Source of the DNA: Chrysomallon squamiferum
Lineage: Eukaryota; Animalia; Mollusca
Length of the DNA stretch: 64,000 bases
Reading direction: 5' to 3'
Assembly: GCA_012295275.1 (NCBI GenBank)
Contig: CM022665.1
Coordinates: forward strand, 19,096,001-19,160,000
Shown: in pieces, positions 57,194 to 64,000 of the stretch
How positions within the stretch are numbered: the first letter of the stretch is position 1
How the letters are laid out: each line of letters opens with the position of its first letter
Notes under the pieces: generated by a model
What the model saw: only the letters and a program-made list of their open reading frames with translations
Told to the model about the DNA's origin: nothing
Databases searched by the model: none
Program-made: the position numbers and the translations under genes

Positions 57194-59049
57194 GTGTAAT
57201 TAGAATAAACAGTTGTTTTCAATCGCCCATCATCTTTTAACTCTGGATGTTCATTTTAATATGAAAAACATTATTATTAATAACAACTTAAATTTTTAAG
57301 TAAGAAAGTGCCTGTTCTTTTTGTAGGTATTTCTTTACTTGCAACATTTCAGTTATTTGAGAAAATGAATCACCAATTTTCAAGTACCATTGCATTTTTG
57401 ATCGTCGTTTGCAGAAACTAAACCAACATTACGCAGTAAGGAAGGCGTGGTAATGGATGTGGTCAAACGAAACAGTATTTTCTCCTTACACTAATCCTTA
57501 TTAGCGTTCTTCTATGAGAGCTACCAGCGGCCAAGCGGATTACTGACGTCTTTTAAAAGATGGCTAATGTTGGGATAAAGCCATCAATAACCAATTTCCA
57601 TTCTGAAAGGATTAATGGCACGCGCGAGCAACCTGCTGTGAAACGGGTTTGGTTTTGGGTCACACACACAAAGTTCGTCTAGATTTCAAAATTTGAGGAA
57701 ATTATATTTTATATTAACTGAGATCGTTTGTAAGATTGTTTTAAATCCATTCATGAATTACATTCTTTTATATAAATAAATTAAGTAACTTTTTGCTTGT
57801 TACATTTTCAAAGCAGAATATAGTAAAAATATTTCATACCATTTAAAAAAAAAAAAAAATTATTATTATTTTTTTTTTTTTTAAAGAAATAACTAATATG
57901 GGTGATAGATTTATGAATTATCCTTCTTCAAGTTGATGAGTGTGAGCGGTGTTCGATAGTCGATTCTAATTGTAGTTACCTTTCTGTCTACTCATTTTTT
58001 AGTTACCAGGTTGAATGAAAAATACTGATAAAGAGATATATAAGTAATAAATGTACCTAACGAAATGCTGCTAATCCACCTCCGTTTGTTTATGTTTATG
58101 CTGATGAATATTATGATATATGACTTATAATTGTTTATAGATTTGATTGCTTATGAGCCACACGGTTTAACGAAAGCGTCCTTTGATTATTTATTTTATA
58201 AGTGTGTAATCACTTCTCCAGTTGCTTGTAATAATTAAAATAAACTAAATACACAAGACAAGACAAATATAAATTTTAATTTAACTTTATTGCTGGTCTA
58301 GCAACATCTCAAATTCTTACAAGCTTTTTATAGGGACTTATTAACACTGTTTTGGGGAAATAATGAGATGATGCTTTGATTATGCATTGTAATTACTTAC
58401 ACAGTGTCTCGGAGAAGACGTTTAGTAATTAATGAATACAACTAAATAAATTAAATGGACTAGTTACGGGATATATATTTGGTTTGCTACAAGCAACGTC
58501 TTACAGTTTTTCAAATATGTCTAGACTTCTAATAGTTGCAGATGAATACGCAAAGGGGTACGCCTCAAGTTTTCCTTCTTTGACATATAAAAATAGGAAT
58601 GCAACTCAACAAACGTGCACTAATTGGAAGTGTGTTGTCAAGCCACGCAAAGGAAGAATTACTGCAGCTGATGAGTTAAATCCATCAGCAAACTGCACAA
58701 ACGAGCCAGAGAAATGATACCACTACTGTTAGTATTTTATAACCACCAGAACCCAAACCAAGTTCATCATCTGCCATCATTCCCCAGTACGAGTAGCGTC
58801 CTCAATCGACAGCATTTCTGCAACCAGACCTGTTGTTAACTTTCAGGCATCCTAGCAGACACAATAGACGGCCAGCATTTTCTCTTACTGTCTTATGGCG
58901 ATGCTATGTGAAGTCTCCTATTCAGTTCCTGGATGCTATCGGCCTCCTTATTAAACTGAACTGATATTATTTTGAGTAATATGTTTGATCTTAAATTATA
59001 TGAATGCTGTTATATATTACTTTGAATGATATATGTAACCCTGAATATA

Positions 59050-59230
59050 TGAGGTTGTAACGAAAGTTCTGCCAGTTTTTTAAGGCTCAATAAAACAGTT
59101 TAAAAAAAAAAAAAAAAAAATACGATATCTGATTTATCTTCGCTATTTCAATAAGCTTTTTAATGAAATAAAATTCCTTCGGTTTAACTTAAAAAAAAAA
59201 AACATCGACAGAACTTTCGTTACAACCTGA
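59050..59230. mobile_element. Tc1/mariner-type MITE, 181 bp, TA TSD
   Basis: TA|TGAGGTTGTAACGAAAGTTCTG ... CAGAACTTTCGTTACAACCTGA|TA; 22-bp TIRs with 1 mismatch and an A-rich non-coding interior. Confidence 0.85.
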
Positions 59231-59569
59231 TATCTCTGCTTTTATAATATTTTTTGTAATGATTTGTGCTTCTGAATTTATATGTGCTTTTATATATTAT
59301 TCAGAGTAATATGAATCCCGGTTTATATATTATTAAATATATAACTGAGATCGGATGACGAAACTGAATCTCAACAACGTCTCGGTAAAATTAATACAGT
59401 CTTTACATAATGTTCGGTTTTTCTTCGTAATCCTTCCGTTCTGTGTGCACCCAACTTTGAACTTTGTTGTTTTAAACTATATGACTATTGGGAAGTTAAT
59501 CTGTATCTGGAATATTTACTACTGGCTTGAATAAAAACAGTTAAACATTATTTCACTCACATGAATCGA

Positions 59570-59642
59570 GGCGTGTCTTACATTTGGTCGAATTCCCAAT
59601 TGGTCGAATTCCCAAATGGTCGAATTCACATTTCGTCGAAAT
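59570..59642 (+). mobile_element. Putative DNA transposon terminus with 4 tandem ~16-bp TGGTCGAATTCCCAA units
   Basis: Same motif family as 40641-40691 and 21677-21725. Confidence 0.55.
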
Positions 59643-61072
59643 AACTCGTCTACCGAGATACTTGATTACCTTTGTATGTGATGAACATGGCCTCTTCATG
59701 TGCATGCAAGTTTTGATTATAGACGGACAATGATTTATTTACCAATGTACATACATCTGTTTTTTTAATTATTCTTCTGCTGATTCTAACATTCAGCGCA
59801 GAGCACATTTTATTTTGTAAATCGATTATTTAACATCAGCCGAAAACAGAACAAGCGTTCACTACTCAGTTGTTGTAGATTATTTACTTTTCCTATCACA
59901 GCCAAGATGTTGCACGTCTTGAGATCGATCTTCTTCTTCTTCTTCTTCTTCTTATTTTTTAAAGTGCGAACAGAGTTGTGCATCTTACCATCTGTAATTT
60001 AATTTGAAGTGAACTCGAACCGACCAGTAATAAACAATTTTACATCAATTTAATCTAACTATGAAAAAAAAGAAACCACAAAAAAATAGACAAAAAAAAA
60101 GCGGCACCACGTTTTTTTTTTTTTTTTCATAATATGGCTTCTGTAAAAGAAAACGACAAAAATATTATAAATAATTAATTTTATTCAGTAATATAATTTT
60201 TTAAAACTTATTGTACATAAGAGTAATTTACTTATATTCATAAACAGAATATCTGAAAGTTAAATTTATCATTAACTGTTCGAATTAAACCATATTCGGC
60301 TTTAACGTACAAGATATATGTTACTGAGCATATTTACGTTATGTACACATACAGTATGTGTCACATGGCATACTCACTTTGTGCACATATTATACAATAT
60401 ATGTAACATAGTCTATTAATAGTAGTACACTAAAGATATTATGACCTGCAAATATTTTGGCTATGACTGAAAAAGTTTATACGAAAGACCAAATCATTGG
60501 AGATATTTTTTTTTCTATTTGTTTTCAATTTTTATTATTTTATTTTATTTTATTTTATTTTATTTTTTTGCACTTTGATAACCTGAACTGTAGATTTATT
60601 CGTCATACAGGAAGACACGGTTATCTGAATCGAGATGAAAGAGGTATCGTTAAACTAGAGACTAATTTGTTTTAGAATTAAGGTCAAAAACAGTGGTTAC
60701 GTTCTCGCTGATGAAATTTGACATAAAAAAAAAAAAAAAATTAAATAAAGAGAAATAAAAAGGCAATTTAGACATAAATGATTTAATAGATTATAGATAT
60801 TAAATAAACAGTGAATCATTTAGAAATCAATTTATACAAATAGATTAAGAAATAATTAAATGCCGCTCATTATGGGTTCATTTTTGTGGGCTTTGTGTTC
60901 ATTTAAGATATCGAATTTTGTTTCTAAAGTTATTGTCTTCCTTAAAATAGTCTCAAATCGTAAGGGTTGTCAGTGGCAATTTACAGATTTCCGTTATTTA
61001 TTATCTTTAGTTTGTCGCCGCAGTCTAGCATATTGATTCTTCTATTTCATTATTGTTTGTGCATATTCTCTA

Positions 61073-61354
61073 TTTCACAGTTCCGAAAAATCTTTGTGTT
61101 TACTATGTTATTCTATATTTTATAGTTCAAATAAACTTTGTGGTCATTTACTGCATTACTAACATTTTCACAGTTCCAGCAGATTTTGTTTTAGTTTACT
61201 GTGTAATTCACTGTTTCACAGTTCCAGTAGACTTTGCGTTAGTTTACTGTGTAATTCACTGTTTCACAGTTCCAATAGTTTACTGTGTTATTATCTATTT
61301 CATAGTTCCGGTAGACTTTGTATTAGTTTGCTGTGCAATTCTGTATTTCACAGT
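61073..61354. repeat. Degenerate 48-bp minisatellite, ~6 units
   Basis: TTTCACAGTTCC-type anchors at 61073, 61118, 61166, 61214, 61262, 61298, 61346. Confidence 0.85.
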
Positions 61355-61586
61355 CTTCTTGATATATTTCGGAATTAATGTAGTATTTTCCAAAATGTTA
61401 CATGTGGGTGAACAATTCAAACACTGAGCGAAATGAAATTAAAAAACAAAAACAAACCCATCTCAACCTTCGTTTGTGACGTTATAAATGCAATGCGTCT
61501 TAGAGTCACAAACAGTGGAATAATATGTAGATCAATAAATATTCACTTCTTAACCTTTTCTTTTCCTTTTTCCTTATAAAGGAAAA

Positions 61587-61593
<7 letters not shown>

Positions 61594-61662
<69 letters not shown>

Positions 61663-61684
61663 GTATGTATGTATGTATGTATAT
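61594..61684. repeat. (AT)n/(ATGT)n microsatellite
   Basis: Directly visible. Confidence 0.95.
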
Positions 61685-62633
61685 GTTATCGGAATAAAAT
61701 TAAAAGATTATTTTAAATACTAAGATTAGTGATAATGAGTCAAACGATTTTTGTGCATATTTAATATTACAGTTTGTATTTAATACTCTTTAATAATTTA
61801 TATATTTGTAAATTAAAAAATGAATGTATAAATGAATGAACATTTATTTATCTGAAGACAGTTTAAAGAAAACCAGACGTAATTTTATAAATGATCGACG
61901 AATAACAAGGGACACAATCCTTGTAGACTTAACTTTATTTCGAATATCGCCTTTCTCTGACTTACTTATGAAAAAATAAGCAAATAATGAAAATACAAAG
62001 TGAAGCAATGTTTATTCATCAGTATCACATGTCAGTTATAGATATTTATGACTGCTGGATACGTAAACACCTTACTGATTAAACTCAATATATATATTTG
62101 TTTGTGTTTGTTTGTAATAGTAACTTTATAATAAAGTTATCTCAGTTGTAATATTCGCTTGAATGTTATACAGGATACAGTTTGTAATGTGAAGGAAGTG
62201 GACAGGACTGATCAAGCGACGTATTTCTCCTTACCACGTCAACTTCCATTAAACAAAAATATGTGCAGAACCAGGATATTTTACAGAGGTAAGAAAAGGC
62301 CACACACACGCGCACACACACACACAAACACAGATATAGACACATGCAGATATATTAATAAAATAGTCATTTTTATCTATCTTATTTATTTGTGTTTGCT
62401 TACAAATAAAAATTATTTCCTTCAGAAAATCATGGTTAATACAATATTATTTATCACAGTGTTTTTCCCCTATTTCAAAAATAATTAGTTCAGCCTTACA
62501 AAAAGTAAAATTTATAACAGTAATATCAAATAAAAATTCGTATCCCTCTATTCCAGTCTGTAAACAGTCATTTATTTCGTAATATACGAAAAACGTAAAC
62601 GCCAGTAAGTGTATAATCACCGATGGATTATCC

Positions 62634-62839
62634 TTAGCATGTTCCGGAAACACACGATTGTATAGTTTCGTCCCATACCGTCCCTGGTGAACAGTCGTGA
62701 ACGTAAGCCTTTCCGTCAACACACTGGATAAACTGCCCACATTTATATCCTTGGTGATACGAGTGTCCGGTTGGAGAACATATAATTCCCTCCACACAGC
62801 GATTGTTAAGAGTACTCCAGACAGCACCAGCCGCACATA
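62634..62839 (-). CDS. Terminal exon of a chitin-binding type-2 (peritrophin-A/CBM14) domain protein; 5' exons not identified in the window
   Basis: Minus-strand acceptor tattttacag|TA, phase 1. Reads CAAGAVWSTLNNRCVEGIICSPTGHSYHQGYKCGQFIQCVDGKAYVHDCSPGTVWDETIQSCVSGTC*, with the ChtBD2-like C..F.QC..G......C.PGT.W......C pattern. AATAAA on the minus strand at 62571-62576. Local GC content is elevated. Confidence 0.85.
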
Positions 62840-62980
62840 CTGTAAAATACAGGTTCTTATATCATATTAAATGTTCAGTAATTGTTAACTAATTAAAACA
62901 GTGAATTTTTATGTCTCTAATATAATTTTAATGTTTTACTGGATATTAACTATTCACTGAAATACAACAACAACAACAAC

Positions 62981-63022
<42 letters not shown>

Positions 63023-63123
63023 CATAATCACAACAACAACAACAACTGTCTTTAATTTGACTTTTTCATAATCGCTTCACTTCGTTTTACTGTGTGTTTC
63101 TGTCTTTGTGTGTGTTTGTGAAT

Positions 63124-63124
<1 letters not shown>

Positions 63125-63184
<60 letters not shown>
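63125..63184. repeat. (AC)n microsatellite
   Basis: Directly visible. Confidence 0.97.
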
Positions 63185-63189
<5 letters not shown>

Positions 63190-64000
63190 GTACGTACAGG
63201 GTGTCCACAATGTCTAGCCCCATATAACATTGATTTATTAATTAGTTTTCAGATAGTTACATTACGGCGGCTATATCAGAAGCTTACAATAACCTTTCAA
63301 GAACAATATTGGCGATAAACGATAACATGAACAAGATAACATTAAAAACAAATACTTCCATGCTTAGTTTAATACAAAGATCTGAGTTCATCGCGTTAGA
63401 AAATGGATATAAGTAAATGGATGTCATTTTGCCCATGTGGTGTAAACGATAAACTAACTGATAATTTATAAATTAAATTTATAAATCCTAATGGGTTTCT
63501 TCTATACTTTGGCAGCTGAGCCAGACTTTTGGATGTCTCTGCGTGTTTATGTGTATATATATATATATATATATCGTTTCATCTACCTATCACTATAAAT
63601 ATATATTTATCATACTCTGTTTATAAGTATCTCTCTGTATCAGTTTGCTTTTATTCATCTCTTCTTCTTTAATACTTACTGATAGGAAAGCACTTGATGT
63701 TATTATGTACAGTGACACACATTTCATTATTTTCACAGCTGTTAAAGGTACAGGGTCCATAATCGCCCTGAAAGTAAATAGGGAAACATTTTCATATATA
63801 TTTCTTTTTTCTATAACTGCTCGTTGAAGCATTTTGTAAAGTGTTTATTGTTATCATCATCATCATCAACATAATAATTATATTCATCATAACCATCATC
63901 ATCATCATAGCTTTTTTATTTGTTGTGAACGTTGTTATGACAGAGGAAATATTATACATTTATTTTTTTTTTTTTTTTTTTTTTTTTATACTTGGTCTTA

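Noticed and set aside
58680-58950. GC-richer patch with a faint minus-strand resemblance to an RTE/L2 LINE C-terminus (ADSIQELNRRLHIA)
   Set aside because: Too decayed to support without a profile search
62447-62836. 129-aa minus-strand ORF from the track
   Set aside because: Alternative frame of the chitin-binding exon; GTG start and no motif
63195-63230. TA-CAGGGTGTCCA, resembling a Tc1/mariner TIR start
   Set aside because: No inverted partner or transposase found in the window

Overview
Eukaryotic, AT-rich, microsatellite-dense genomic DNA. It is probably from a lophotrochozoan such as a gastropod mollusc (inferred from gene and repeat content). Three protein-coding loci are supported. 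(1) A 4-coding-exon rhodopsin-class neuropeptide GPCR of the PRXamide/pyrokinin/neuromedin-U receptor family on + (6739-7138, 36474-37013, 39743-39874, 44123-44364; 437 aa; all introns phase 1 GT-AG; first intron ~29.3 kb). (2) An achaete-scute bHLH gene of the ASCL3/4/5 (ASCb) type with an intronless CDS at 52608-53177 (+). (3) The terminal exon of a chitin-binding type-2 (peritrophin-A/CBM14) protein on - (62634-62839), which the ORF track misses. Repeats include Mutator-like (MULE) transposase relics, RNase-H LINE relics, tRNA-derived SINE relics, a mariner-type MITE, a 45-unit 30-bp minisatellite and a perfect 78-bp palindrome. The most notable observation is a diverged duplicate of the GPCR TM7 exon start (43968-44047). 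It has its own strong splice acceptor and could produce a receptor isoform lacking the NPxxY tyrosine, helix 8 and the C-tail. No CRISPR arrays, rRNA or convincing tRNA genes were seen, and most listed ORFs are microsatellite artefacts.
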